Shown here one piece after another: positions 40,661-53,989 of a stretch of DNA of 54,507 nt (positions within the stretch are counted from its first letter, which is position 1; every line of letters begins with the position of its first letter). The stretch covers positions 1,250,541 to 1,305,047 of the forward strand of contig NW_014577064.1 of assembly GCF_000485595.1 (NCBI RefSeq), written 5' to 3'. The notes below the pieces were generated by a model. That model saw only the letters and a list, made by a program, of their open reading frames with translations. It did not search any database and had not been told where the DNA came from. A program made the position numbers and the translations under genes. Source of the DNA: Priapulus caudatus (lineage: Eukaryota).

Positions 40661-40847
40661 GAGGAGGAGGAGGAGGAGGAGGAGGAGGAGAAGGAGGAGC
40701 AGGAGGAGGAGCAGGAGGAGGAGGAGGAGGAGGAGAAGGAGGAGGAAAAGGAACAGGAGGAGGAGGAGCAGGAGGAGCAGGAGGATGAGGAGAAGGAGGA
40801 GGAGGAGAGGGAACAGGAGGAGGAGGAGGAGGAGGAGGAGAAGGAGG
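40661..40847. repeat. (GAG)n imperfect microsatellite
   Basis: Direct inspection of the sequence. Confidence 0.9.
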
Positions 40848-42286
40848 CTGCGTGGTACGGGGACTGCTACTGCTAGTTGATTTCCTTGCGAATCTGTTAT
40901 TACCAGTAACCTAGGGGATGTGCTGATTGTGCTGGGATGTGTGCGTGCGTGCCAGCCACTGCCTGCCAGCGAGCGGGTGCAGCTAGCTAGCCGTCGATCA
41001 ATAACTACGGAGGGGAAGGGCACGCGCAGGGCTGCTGCTGCTGCTGCCGTCACCGTCTGCTAGACAGGCTAACAATCCCGCACACAGCCTGTCGTCTGTG
41101 TACGGCCGCCTGCTGACGATCCTAATGATGAGATTCAGTAGAATAAGGAAGCAAAGCCGACCGTAGATTACGCACATGCGCGCCTGTATCGTTTGTTGTA
41201 ATAGCAAAACATGACGCGGTAGGGTAATTACTAATTAGCGCCATGAGGTGTTGAACAATAGGCGTCCATAGGCGGCAGGCCTGAATAAGCATCGAACAGA
41301 AATTAATTACAAAAACGCACACTGTTACTGCACTTATAAAACATACACTTTAATCATGTTAAATAACTACAGATTCATGCTCTATGCTCCGCTCGAAACG
41401 TTTGCCAGCTCTATGACGCGAATTTCTGCAAAGTTGTCTGAACACATTTCATACACAAAAATTACCAGCCGGTCGCTGCGGCTACGCCACCTGACGGAAT
41501 GTCACGAGTACACAACAAGACTAATTTTACTTCTAATGCTTTCTAGACGTCCACGAGGCATCTAAATTGCCTGCATAATGCAAATTATTACAATCTAGTG
41601 CCGAATTTCAGCGAAAAAAAATGCCAAAAAAGGCATTTTCTAGAGACGAAATAGTGCAACGGTGAACAATTGCGAAGGCTTACTGTTGTACACCTCCTAA
41701 ATGGCTAGTAGTAAAACCTGGTGCAGAAGCGCATCAGGGCGACGCGCACTTGATCAGTGTAAAATCTGGTCCAATTGCATTATCAGACGGACTGCAGCAG
41801 CCTAGCTAGTAGCTAGTAAAGCGGCAGTGTCAAGATGGTGACAAGCCGTGAACATTGTCGTGCCTACTAGCGCAGTAAGGGTAGGATGCGGGGTAGCTGA
41901 CGGCCGGCCCTAGTACAGTAACATAAGATAACTTTTAAGTAAAGTAACATAAAGATGGTTTCACCGATAGCGACTTTCTTGTGATTTTTTTGGGATGCTT
42001 GTGCTTTTTATGGTGTATAAGGGCCGGTCAAGCAAAAATCAGCGCTTCCTTGTGTAAGTAATTTTTTCGTGCGTGCAATGTGGCACAAAGATGCCTGTGT
42101 CGGTAATGTTATCTCTGCGTATATGTGTACGCTACTGATTCCACCATTCCGGATTCCTTCTCTCTCATCCCTCGCATGTCAGCTCCGTTTCATTTCGCGA
42201 TCATTCCTTAAGTTATACCGTTGCATCAGAGATACAGCTGCGCCTCCTTGCGATCACGAGGTGCAACTGCTGTCTCGGGTTGAGCT

Positions 42287-42592
42287 CAGTGTGTTAGCCA
42301 GAGACCCGTCTACTCGTCTTTTTGGACGGCCTATTCTTGGATGAGACGGATGAAATTTGATAGAGACGGCATGAGGGCGGCCCAATTTTATATATTATAC
42401 ACCTTGTATCACTGATAACAGTACTTATAGGAGTATGAAATCGTATCAGATTCCTGTCTTTTTGGCATTTCAGACTAAATTTCCTCCATTTTAAGGTAAG
42501 GCCCTCTCCCCTACGGCGCTTCGCGCCCGCAGCATCCTCGCTTCCCTCAGATGGTGAGACTTGTGTGTGTTTTTTTCGTGGCTAACACCGTG
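42287..42592. mobile_element. Putative hAT-like MITE
   Basis: Imperfect 14-bp TIR CAGTGTGTTAGCCA / TGGCTAACACCGTG. Flanking 8-mers GTTGAGCT and GCTGGGCT match at 6 of 8 positions. Confidence 0.45.
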
Positions 42593-43251
42593 GCTGGGCT
42601 AGAGGTCAGCACTGCGCTGCCTGGATCTCTGCTACCCCGTAGTGATTCCGTGCGTATGCAGACAGACATGTAACGCATTTCGCCGAGAAGCGTTTACGGC
42701 TTCGCGGAAAGCTTGCTGAGAGGCTCGTCATGAATTCGTATTTACAGGGGTAGAAATGAACTTTCTCAAAAAGAGGGAGTCCGCGGCAAAATGAGGGAGT
42801 TCGCAGTCTGAAGTTCAAAATTAAAGATATTAGCAACGCATATTTTTAAGATTCATGCGGTTGCACGTCTGCCAAATTTTCTTTGGACATTTGCTGAAAA
42901 AATACGGTAATTCCATGAGACCGTGCATGCTCTGGAATAAACTAGTTAGTATGGCAGAATTTTCAGGGACACGGACTCTTGCATATGTCACATCAGGGAG
43001 ACCGGCAGTAAATCAGGGAGTATTTGATTCCGGACTCCGGACCATTAATTTCGCACCCTGGTATTATGTTTGGAAACTGGAATGCCACCTCTTGGACGTC
43101 AGCCCCCTCTCGGTCAATTGCGTTCGCTCTCTCTCGCCCTTTCTCTCTCTTCTCTCTCACGCACGCACTCTCCCTCGCTATGACGCACGCATGCACGCAC
43201 GCACGCGCACACACACAGACTGTCGCTCTGCCCACATTTCTCCCTCTCCCC

Positions 43252-43304
<53 letters not shown>

Positions 43305-44350
43305 TTCACATACACACACACACGTATACACGAGGCCGCACGCTGCAGCACACGCACACACGCGCGCGATCGCTCACTGTTCTCCTCTCTATTTGCTCGT
43401 CGCTTCAACTTCGCCCGCTCTCTCTGCCTCTTTCTCTCTTTCTCGGCACGCTGTCGTTTCTTTCCCTTTCTCTCCACCTCCCTCTTTCCTCACGCGATTG
43501 CTATTCTCCTATCTTTCTATTTATGTTTCGCGTGCCCGTGCGTTTTCGCTTTTTGCTGCTGGCTTTCCGGCTGGCTCTACCCTCACTACTCACTGCTAGG
43601 CAAGCATTCACATAATAGTGGTGAAACAATCAATACCGATCTGCTTTGTACGGTATAGGCCATATGAACGCACCGTAAAATAAACAGAGACTTGTAAGTA
43701 CTCTTGCTATGCGCACGCACGGACGGCACCCCGCAACACATGACGGCGTGGTGGCACGCACACGCCCGACACACGCCGTTGGTGCAACGCACACGGCCGC
43801 TAACACAAACGCCGTGGTGCACGCACAACGATGACCGCGCCACACGCCCGCCTGCGCTCGCGCCAGCGTGACCGGCAGCGGCACCGCAGCGCCGCCCACA
43901 CGACCGGGGACAGAGCGCTCGCGCCAGCGGCACACGGCCACCGCACACCGACGGTTACGCCGTGGTGCACGCACACGTTGGGCCGCACACGTACAACGCC
44001 GTGGTGCACGCACACGTGCATTGATGCTTGTAATCGCAATGACGTTGGTATATTAGGCTGACATATTAGCTATAAGGTCAGAGAAATAGAACAGAAGAGA
44101 AGAATTAATTGAGCAAAAGTTACGCTCTGAGACTCAGCTAATTACAGCAATTGATGACGTGCGTTAAATTCTCATTTTCAGATTCTCTTCAGAATTCTCG
44201 TTTTCGCAACGAAAGCATAAATTGCTAAACAAATGTGAAATCGAACTTTTTTGAAATTCCTGAACTAGAATACCGTATTGCTAGTGCCTTGCGTCGCAGA
44301 TTGTGTGTAGACCTGTGTGCTGCGGTACATACAGGTGCGATGCAGCGTAA

Positions 44351-44737
44351 ATTGACTACGTCACGAATTTTCCATGGTTAAAATTTGTAAAAAAAAAAAT
44401 TGCCCATTTTTTACATTAAAAGTAAAACTAAACGTTACTAAATTATATCCTCAAACTCTGCACAACCGATGATAAAACATGTGTTTACGTGTGGTTAAAT
44501 TTGGCGAAAAATCTAGACGACTTTGGTAATTTCTGTTGTCTAACACTATTCCCCAAGTACTGTTAGATACTGGCGTCTCTCTGTTTTTGCACGGCGGAAA
44601 TTAGGACCATATAAAGAAGGTATATAAGCATGAAAAGTAAACAGAAAGCGCACTAATCGTTTTCATACATTTTATTTTGTACAAATAACAGCACAAATAA
44701 CCTGAATGGTGCTAGATAATTCGTGACGTAAATCACT
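44351..44737. mobile_element. MITE with ~20-bp TIRs and 3-bp TSD (TAA), PIF/Harbinger-like
   Basis: TAA|ATTGACTACGTCACGAATTT ... AATTCGTGACGTAAATCACT|TAA. A second, split copy lies at 28776-28893 plus 31898-32153. Confidence 0.7.
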
Positions 44738-44852
44738 TAAGTGCGTACAGCTGTGTAGCTGCAGGAGGTCGAGTTTTAATTTTGTAGGACAAGACAGGTG
44801 TTGCTTTCGTGACGTGTATTTATCTGCGTGAGTGTAACATTAGTAGTAAATT

Positions 44853-45135
44853 GTTACGTGAGTGTGACATGTATCTGTGTAAGTGTGACATGTCGCTGTG
44901 TGATTGTAAGTATTGTATAGTTACGTGAGTGGGACATGTATCTGTGTAAGTGTGACATGTCGCTGTGTGATTGTAAGTATTGTATAGTTACGCGAGTGTG
45001 ACATGTATCTGTGTAAGTGTGACATGTCACTGTGTGATTGTAAGTATTGTATAGTTACGCGAGTGTGACATGTATCTGTGTAAGTGTGACATCGTGCAGC
45101 TGTGTGATTGTAACTTTCGTATAGCTGATTGAGTG
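44853..45135 (+). repeat. 67-bp minisatellite, about 4 copies
   Basis: Unit GTTACGYGAGTGTGACATGTATCTGTGTAAGTGTGACATGTCGCTGTGTGATTGTAAGTATTGTATA starts at 44853, 44920, 44987 and 45054. Confidence 0.9.
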
Positions 45136-45200
45136 TGCCACGTAGCTGGGCGACGCCGACATTAGGCAGCTGCTTATAGCTGTCATATTATGTGCTGCAG

Positions 45201-45330
45201 GTCGGTGACGGATCCGAGGGATGGCAAGCGTGTCGCGCTGAAGAAGATGCCCAACGTTTTCCAGAACCTGGTGTCGAGTAAGCGTGTCTACCGGGAGCTG
45301 CGTATGCTATGTTTCTTCAAGCATGAAAAC
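45201..45330 (+). CDS. NLK: Nemo-like kinase, coding exon 2
   Basis: Acceptor tgctgcag|G completes Trp, then SVTDPRDGKRVALKKMPNVFQNLVSSKRVYRELRMLCFFKHEN (catalytic Lys and alphaC Glu). Donor GTGAGT at 45331. Confidence 0.97.
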
Positions 45331-48208
45331 GTGAGTGTCACCTTCATCCTTGACACATTCGTTTGGCGTTACTACGCCCACCGTCGTCGTATGCGCCTAT
45401 TCCCATGGTCTATAGAACCTTTATTCCTAGGCAGGTGATGTCACTTCCACCTCTGGGGGTGTGTCGAGTACTGAGAGAGTGAGTGAAGTGATGGTAACCA
45501 TGCCCTATATCTCGTTGGGAACCCAGCTCTACCTCTCTCGCATGCCATTACCATCTCCCCTCCTGGAGTAGGCCAACTCTATCCCTGTGCATGCCTCATC
45601 CAGAGTTCGAAATTAGGCGCGCACGCTTAATTGTGCTAAATGCGACTTTAGTTTTCAAAATAGCGACTGGTCCTTTTCACTCTCAAACGGACGCTATAGA
45701 AGTATGCGTTCAGAAGTGTTTTCGTACACTGCTTTACTTTTATATATATATATATATATTATATACACTATATATTTGCTTTCATTTTCCACTTTTATTT
45801 TATTTCGTATATACTAATATTTAAGGGCACGTGCTGGTTTAGCATCTTACCTAAAAAGTTATTCGTGTCTCCTGCCATCTGTAGCACGATTCCAACGATT
45901 GTAAGAGAACTACCTCGATCAAGTAAGGTCGTCGAGGGCAATGATTTCAAACAGTCTTCCTGCATGACCATATTCGTATTTTTCCGACTAATGCAGTACT
46001 TACTGGTATTGCTTGCGTAACAGCAACTGCCTAAAGTAAGGCTAACGTGTCTTAGAATACCCATAAACCGTTACTTTCACAAAAATATACCATGTCACTT
46101 GTTTCTCGTGAGACCCTGCCCTTGGTACGTTGACATGTTACTTAATTGAATTACTTAATTGAATTACTTAATTGAATTAAGCACTAGAGATGTTGTGCCA
46201 ATCTAGAACCGCTATTACGTTGCTGACCTTTGTCATTGGTCTTTGACATGACCTTTGTCTGGTGGTTGCCGATTTCAAGTGAATTGTCGCTGTACTAAAG
46301 AACGTGGCTGCATTACTTGCTATTTTATATACCACAAAGCGAAAACTAATTGTAATTTGTATGCTAAGGAAATCAGCAACATGTAGGTAAGAATATATAT
46401 CGCCATGTTTTTCTCGATTGTGTGGTTATTTCTGAAATGATTCCTTTAGTTTCAAAACGCACGGACACTTGTAAAACGCGGCCCCGTGAGCCGTCTGCCA
46501 ACTAGCTACATATAAGCAGAAGTAGATAATAGTCTTCTATATATTTTATTCTATTCTATTGATTTCCCTATCATCTACTTCTGATATTTAAGTGAGTAGT
46601 ATTCATCACTGCGGTAATACTAATTAGGTATACCGCGCGCGGGGCGAGGTCAGAAATAAGTCAGGGAGACGGCGTGGCTGTGTTCTCAACAAAGCCGTTA
46701 ATACGAGCGGCTGTGCGGCGGTATAGAGACAGCGGCGTCACGGCGGCAGCTGCTGCTGCTGCTGCTGCTGCTGCGCGGTAGCGGGACGCGGCCGGCGTGC
46801 CTGCTGGTCGGCTGAAGGGCGGCACGTACGCGCACGTGCCGCGAGAGCGAGAAAAATGACGCGAGGGGACCGTATATATTATCAGGGGTTAATAATGACA
46901 AAATTGTGTCATTATTTACCTCTGATATTATATACTTACTATCAAAAACCAAAGCGCCTATATATAGATAATATATCTATATATATATATATATAATATC
47001 AAGAGCTAATAATACCTTATTAGCTCTTGATTATAGCTCTTGATAATATATCAGGAATTTGTCTTTATTAACTCCTGAATATATCTATATACATCTATAT
47101 ATATCTATATAATATATTTAGTCTCTATCTCTCTGTGTGCGTGTGGGTGTGCGTGCGTGCGTGCGTGCGTGCGTGTGTGTGAATGCCTTCTAGCTTGCCC
47201 CTCATGTATCGCAACTTAAAAAATATTTGAAATTAAACGTACCCTCATGCCAAGACATAATATAGTCGAAAACGATTTTACGTCGCATTTTTCATGTAAC
47301 TTGGTTACGCCGGCAGTTAGGAGTGATCTGTTCTCAGCTATCACTTGCGAAGAGTACTGCAGGGAGCACGTGACTGCTGCAGGGGTCGAGATGGAAAAAA
47401 CAACACTTATGATACGCAGAAATGACACTGAACATATACTTTCCGTAGAAGCTTTATGATTTCTAAGTAAAATATTAGCATGGTGCGTAACAGATGTTTA
47501 TGGTAGCGCAGCTTCGCCTGCTTCCTCACACTAGTGGGTCCGGTAACGAGGATATAGACTGTGTAGCTGCAAAATTCTGGGTGAATTGGTATCAACAAAT
47601 GTTTTCATGTTCAAATTTATAACCAGAAAGGTACGTCGTACTTACTTCCACTTTTCCGGCAACGAACTCGCGTTCGGAGAAATGGATGAATATCGACCCC
47701 CTGATGTTGTCATCTAGCTAGCTGATCAGGCTTTCGTGGTTTACATGAAAACGTTGCGTGAATCGTCATCTATATCTGTCATCGACGGTGGCATCCAATA
47801 GTTACACTCTGACTGGCAGCGAGATCAAGTCCGCCCCCACCACCACCTTCACGCTACAGCACACATATATATATAACACCCATTTATAACGCATATATAT
47901 ATATAACACAGTTGTTATATATGTGTGTGCTGTAGCGTGAGGGTGGTGGGGGGGGGGCGGACTTGATCTCCCTGCCAATGGTATAACTCCACTCAATATG
48001 TCCTCTGGCCCATACTTCGTCTGAAAATACTTCCATTCCGTAAACCGTTACTACCGTTACTGTACTACCGTTACGGACATATCGCATGTACATACATATT
48101 TCCAGTATCCTGATATGTGCATGTAGTACGTGGCCTAGTAGGCTATAGTATCCCGGCGTGCGAGTGTGGGTCGAGTACTGATCAACTGGCGTGTACGTGT
48201 TGTTTCAG

Positions 48209-48264
48209 GTGCTGCAGGCGCGCGAGATTCTGCAGCCTCCGCCAGTGGAGTTTTTCCACGAAAT
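48209..48264 (+). CDS. NLK: Nemo-like kinase, coding exon 3
   Basis: Acceptor tgtttcag|, then VLQAREILQPPPVEFFHE+AT, aligning with NLK VLSALDILQPPHIDYFEEI. Donor GTATCTTTT (U12-like) at 48265. Confidence 0.9.
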
Positions 48265-48790
48265 GTATCTTTTTCCAGCGTTCTATATACGCACGTATTA
48301 TGTATATATAGCCACTTGTTTGTGTATTTGCTTGTGTGCGTTTATGCATGCGTGCGTGTGTGTGCGCGAGTGCGTATGCGTGTATGTATACTTTAAATTT
48401 CAAAAGACACGAACCTGATACACTATACGATCACGAGCCTCATTACACTTACCTAGTATAAATGCGAGTGTATAATGGCACTCTGCTAGTATATGATATT
48501 ATAGATTTTATAATGAGTTGAACACGAGAATCAAATGTGCTTGACATCTATTTTACTTTATCCTTTTCGTTATATTTTTTAGGCAAAATGAGAATGTAAT
48601 TATTGCTGGAAGCGAAAAAAAATCGCCGTGAAATCATCGATAATGTGATAGAGATTGATATCTAAATGCAGCACCGATTTTGTTTGCTGCTACGATGTGT
48701 GGTTTGCAACGGCTTTTACTAGACATCGCGTACGATGCCCAAGGAATCTTTTTTTAAATTCGCATCCTCTACCGCTGCTCGGGTTGTACC

Positions 48791-49102
48791 GGGGTCAGCC
48801 CTATATAGACCGAAGATCCGATAGACCGAATATTGCAAAGGATTATGGTTAGAGTTAGGGTTAGGGTTAGGGTTAGGGTTAGGGCATATATATGGTTTAT
48901 AGTGGCATCATATGATTTATAGTGGCATCATATGATTTATAGTGGCATCGGTGGATGTGCGGCATATTCACGTTCGAATACGGCATCAGTGGATGTCCGG
49001 ATGCGTAGCCTGGAGGCTAGGCGACCGATTCCGGACGTGTAGCCACTGCGTATTCGAATAAACCTTCGGTCTATCGGGCCTTCGGTCTATAGGGCTGTAA
49101 CC
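48791..49102. mobile_element. MITE containing (TTAGGG)n, with ~35-bp TIRs, flanked by direct repeat GTTGTACC
   Basis: CAGCCCTATATAGACCGAAGATCCGATAGACCGAA pairs with TTCGGTCTATCGGGCCTTCGGTCTATAGGGCTG. GTTGTACC occurs at 48783-48790 and 49103-49110. Confidence 0.8.
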
Positions 49103-50016
49103 GTTGTACCAGTATTGCGTTGTTGTCAGCGGTTAGTAGAACGTGGGCCACTGCTCTGAGGTTACTCAGTCATGGGCCGGCGGCAGATACGATGGTGTGC
49201 CATGTCCTGTACTGATTGCCGCTCGTATGGGCTGCTGGTCAACCGTCGACATTTGCGGGGCAGTGTTCAGCAATTGTGGGCCACTGGTCAACGTGTAGTG
49301 AATGTGGATCAGTGGACAGTAGATGCTGATTATGGGCAAGTGGCAAACAGGTAGTGATTGCGTCTCAGTGGATAGTGGTCAGTTGGTGTTAGGGTACAGG
49401 TACTGTTCGTGACCGGCGATTGTAGGCCAGTCGTCCGCCGTCGGGTCGGATCGCCAGCGGTCAGTGTTTACGGAACGAGGTCTTCCGCCCCGCAAATAGG
49501 TTATTTATTAAACCACAATAATAGCGGCGATCGGCTGTGTGCGCGGGTGTGTGTGTGCGCGCGGGTGTGTGTGTGTGCGCGCGCGCGTGTGTGTATGTAT
49601 GTATGTGTGCGTGTGGGTGTGAGTTTGTGTGCATTCGTGTGTGAGTGTGTGTGTGTGTGCGTGCGTACATGTGCGCGTGTGAGTGTGCTCGCGTGCGTGC
49701 GTGTGCGTGCGTGCGTGCGTGTGTGTGGACGAGTAGCGAGCGGGTTCTCCGTACGGCTGCTATATACAGCAAACAGCTTCGTTGACCCATTTACAATGCT
49801 AATGATCATCGCACAGCGAAAGTGGTTCAGGTCTGTGTAGATGGGTGTTGACGATTGTCATTCTATATTAGGTGGCGGCGGGAGGGGGAGGGGTGTTACG
49901 CACCGGTGCTGGCGCGGTAAACAATACGATCGGAAGCGCTATCACAGCCAAGGTGAAGACAGAAGCACGCTTGCGGCGCGCGCGCGTGCGTACAGACGCT
50001 CCACTTTCACCATTGA

Positions 50017-50074
<58 letters not shown>

Positions 50075-50637
50075 GCTCGTGCGTGCGTACACGCGTCCTC
50101 TATTCTCGCCAAACGTTGCGCGTGTCTACGAGCGGAGGCTGCGTGCGGTGAGGCTACGGGGATGGGGCCATATAGTGTAGAACACGGTTGGTCATGAAGG
50201 GCTGATAGCTGAACCACTCTGCGGCGACGGGGTGGGGGCATATCTGAGGGTGGGTCCACTGTGGGGAGAGCACTGATGAGAGCAGGTCTTGTGGAGTGCT
50301 TAGCCTGCGCCGTACGACTAGGCTTCACTTTACTACCAGCAAAGCGTCGCTCTGTATGAAATCTACGGCTCTTGTGATCCTACACCTGTGTCGTCAGTGC
50401 GATACGTGTGTATCAGCAGGAGATCAGCTCGATAGCCACTGGCTATGGGTATGAGTGTGCGTTGGGTATTAATTTGTATGCGAGGTGATTGTATGCGACG
50501 TCTATAGTTGGTGTGTGTGATCAAGCAGGTTGAGGGAAGGGAAGGTGACGTAGATTGAGCAGTATAATGTGGAACCGATTCTCTTGTGTTGGTACGTGGC
50601 ACGCAGCGCTGGTTTAAGATACAGCATTGCAGACATC

Positions 50638-50691
<54 letters not shown>

Positions 50692-51944
50692 ATATCTATC
50701 TATATATATATATATATTATAAGCTTGCCATAACAAGCATCGTGTTGTATAAGATGTTCAAAATGAAGGCTTATATGAGCTACGATATCATTATTCAAAT
50801 ATGTATGTGGGATGTGACATGTATATATGCGTCATGGCAGATATCATGAGGAGTCGTTGTAAATTAGCAGATCCGTTATAGTTCTGTGAATCCAGAGGGT
50901 AATTCAGCAGAATCAATGAGCAGGCGATTTGTATCGTAGAGCTAGCTAGCTACTTCATGCGATCTCTATCGGCAGTTTGTGCGACAGCATCTCGCATTTC
51001 AAGGAAAATATTTTGACGATCTTGGCGTGGGATGTGCGGTTGGTCATGGCATTGGAAGAAGGGAGTGAGAGAGAAGGGGAGGGGGAAGAGAGAGAGCGAG
51101 CGAGCGAGAGAGAGAGAGAGAGAGAGAGAGAGCCGAGAGTGTGCGCTTGCGAGTGAGATAGAGAGAAAGAAAAGGGAGAGGGTGACGAACATCAATGCGT
51201 AAAAAGTAGGCCAAACTTCCCACGTGGATGAAACTGAAAGCAGACATTATTTGGATTCGCTTTTAAGAAATAGGTTACAACATAATTTCACACCCTCAGC
51301 GCGATTGTCAGCCCCATGCTAATGCTCGGTAACTAGACGGTCTACAGCTGCTCCAGCAGCTGACTTTTTCTAATACGCAAACGACGCCCGTTGCCGTCTT
51401 AGGCAGCGACGTCTGTTTTTTTGGCGGCGGCTGTATGAATGACACCGATCTGTGTAACTTTCCGTTTCGGTGACCATCGTGAGTCGGTGACGGCTGGTGG
51501 GTCACCTTGCAGCGTGCGTCAGCCACCGTGGAAAGCAGGCCGACCGTTCTCTACTGTACCCCAGTTCTGTCTGTGCACATGCCACACTAATACATTCAAA
51601 TGCAGGCACACACGAACACAAGCAAACGCACGCGCACCTGCGCACAGACGTAACTTACACATACGCACGCGTGCGCGCGCTCACGCACACAGACATGAAC
51701 ACGCGCGTACACAAGAACATGGCGTGGTCACAAGCGATGGTCACTACGTCCCGTAAGAAGACAACGGCTACGACGTGAAAACACCGCCACGCTACTCGTG
51801 GCGAGGTAATTGCAATGTCGCACGCCAGCTCTTATTATAGCTGTCTGTCCTACATGGGAGTAATTAGTGATAACTACATCCAGGAGATTGACTTTGGTGT
51901 TGGCGGGCCTTAGTGGCTGGCTCGGTGGTGCTCAGACGGGGGTT

Positions 51945-52011
51945 AGCTCTAGAACTATAGCCCTTCGCCGCTCTGCCCTGTTGCAGAGCGAAGGTCTATA
52001 GTTCTGGAGCT
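51945..52011. repeat. Short palindromic repeat family AGCTCTAGAACTATAGCCCTTCGC...GCGAAGGTCTATAGTTCTGGAGCT
   Basis: Near-perfect hairpin; a related copy with a different loop lies at 25354-25441. Confidence 0.7.
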
Positions 52012-52384
52012 CGGCGGTGGTCGGCAAAAGTACGACCAGTCGCCGGTGCTGCAATGTAATGGTGACGTACCTAGAAGCAGCGCTGCCATCCGTAACACGA
52101 GATCTTCGCTTTTCATATGCACACACGCAGCATGTGCGCATGCGCGCACGCAGACGGCACACTTTATGTAGATGAGATTCTATTGAGATGTAGATTAGAT
52201 GCAGCTGAGGATCGAACGGAATGTCCATGCGTGTGTGAAAGAATGAGTTATAACTTATAGGGAGAACAAGATCTGGGTAGGGACAGACAGAAAGATTAGG
52301 GTAGTAACAAACATTCAAAGGTAGGTAGGGATAGAAAGTTGGTGAAAAACAAAAGGAACAGATAGAGACTACTGAAATATATAA

Positions 52385-52702
<318 letters not shown>

Positions 52703-53081
52703 TAATGCTTATATAATCTGTTCAATGTCATTAATAGGGATGTCACCTAGTTAACTATGGTTTTAGAACTTCGCATACACTAGTCTGTGTGCTGAATGCA
52801 GCGTAATCCAAGCGTTGAGTCTTGCTTCACGCCTTTGCTGCATCCCCTGGCAATGTGGGTTAGGGTTAGTGGCATGTAGCTTAGTAGTAAGCGCTTAGTC
52901 ATTGGCTTCACATATCATATCACACTGACCCCACAACCGCATTCGATCAGGTTGCATCACGAGCTGCAGAACCTCAAACAACAAATAGAAATTCTCCGAT
53001 TGCAATCGGGAGCATGTTAAAAACAGAGAATATAAAAACGTGTTTTTTTTGCATGCCATTCAATATGAGTTATACACGTAG

Positions 53082-53210
<129 letters not shown>

Positions 53211-53989
53211 TAATTAAGGCAGCATGTGCTATGAACAAATAAGTAAACAAAATGCACATAAGCTTTGTTATGATGATAATGCCCTGACGAGGCTGCTTAT
53301 ATATTGCTTGTACTATTCTGGGCAGGTCGCGTAAAATTTTATCATTAACAACAGGTAATGCACAAACGAGGGCTCATCATTGAATGATTGAGTAAGCATG
53401 CAAACGTGCAGGCTCGACCTACTAGATACATCCTGCTATTTAGCACATCTCTCGTGGCCCATCTGTGTTATGGTAACAGCGGCATGCCAGAAGCTGTGGC
53501 AGTAGGTTGATGGGATATAACGCAGGCTATGACTGACCTCCTGCCATGGTTTCCTGCAGCTACTATTTCTGTGTGCCCTCTGATCCCACAGCTTAGGTTT
53601 TTCTTGTCCACCACTTCATCGTTTAACGGTCGGCATGGCTTCTCACATCTACAGCTTACCAGCGGCTTGCTGCTGCTGACACTAACAGATCAAATGTGTT
53701 TAGTGGCCGTGAAATTTGTCTCGTTCGTTTTGTTTCACTTTCCATCTTGCTGCCCAGTCGTTTCGCACTCGTTTTGCCTCGATCTCTTTTTCTCGCAACC
53801 TCTATCTCTCTCTCTCTCCTTCCTCATTTCTTTGCATCTCTTTCCTACTCACCTGTTGCTTGTTCTCTCTCTATCATCCTATCCATTCTCCCTCTCTTAA
53901 TCCCTTTCCTCTTTCTATATCTCACTCTTCTCTCTCCCTTGATCTACCCACCCTCTATCAGTAGCAACTGACCATGTCTCCGTTTGCAG

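Noticed and set aside
40535..41053. Poly-Glu / poly-Leu ORFs in NLK intron 1
   Set aside because: A (GAG)n microsatellite with no compatible splice sites or homology that I can recognise.
42855..44061. 267-aa and neighbouring Cys/Arg-rich ORFs
   Set aside because: Built on CT/CA microsatellites and a degenerate GCCGTGGTGCACGCAC tandem; no recognisable protein.
44853..45135. CRISPR-like regular repeat
   Set aside because: Head-to-tail units without unique spacers, in a eukaryotic intron, with no cas genes.
48847..48883. True telomere
   Set aside because: A short TTAGGG run internal to a TIR element inside an intron.
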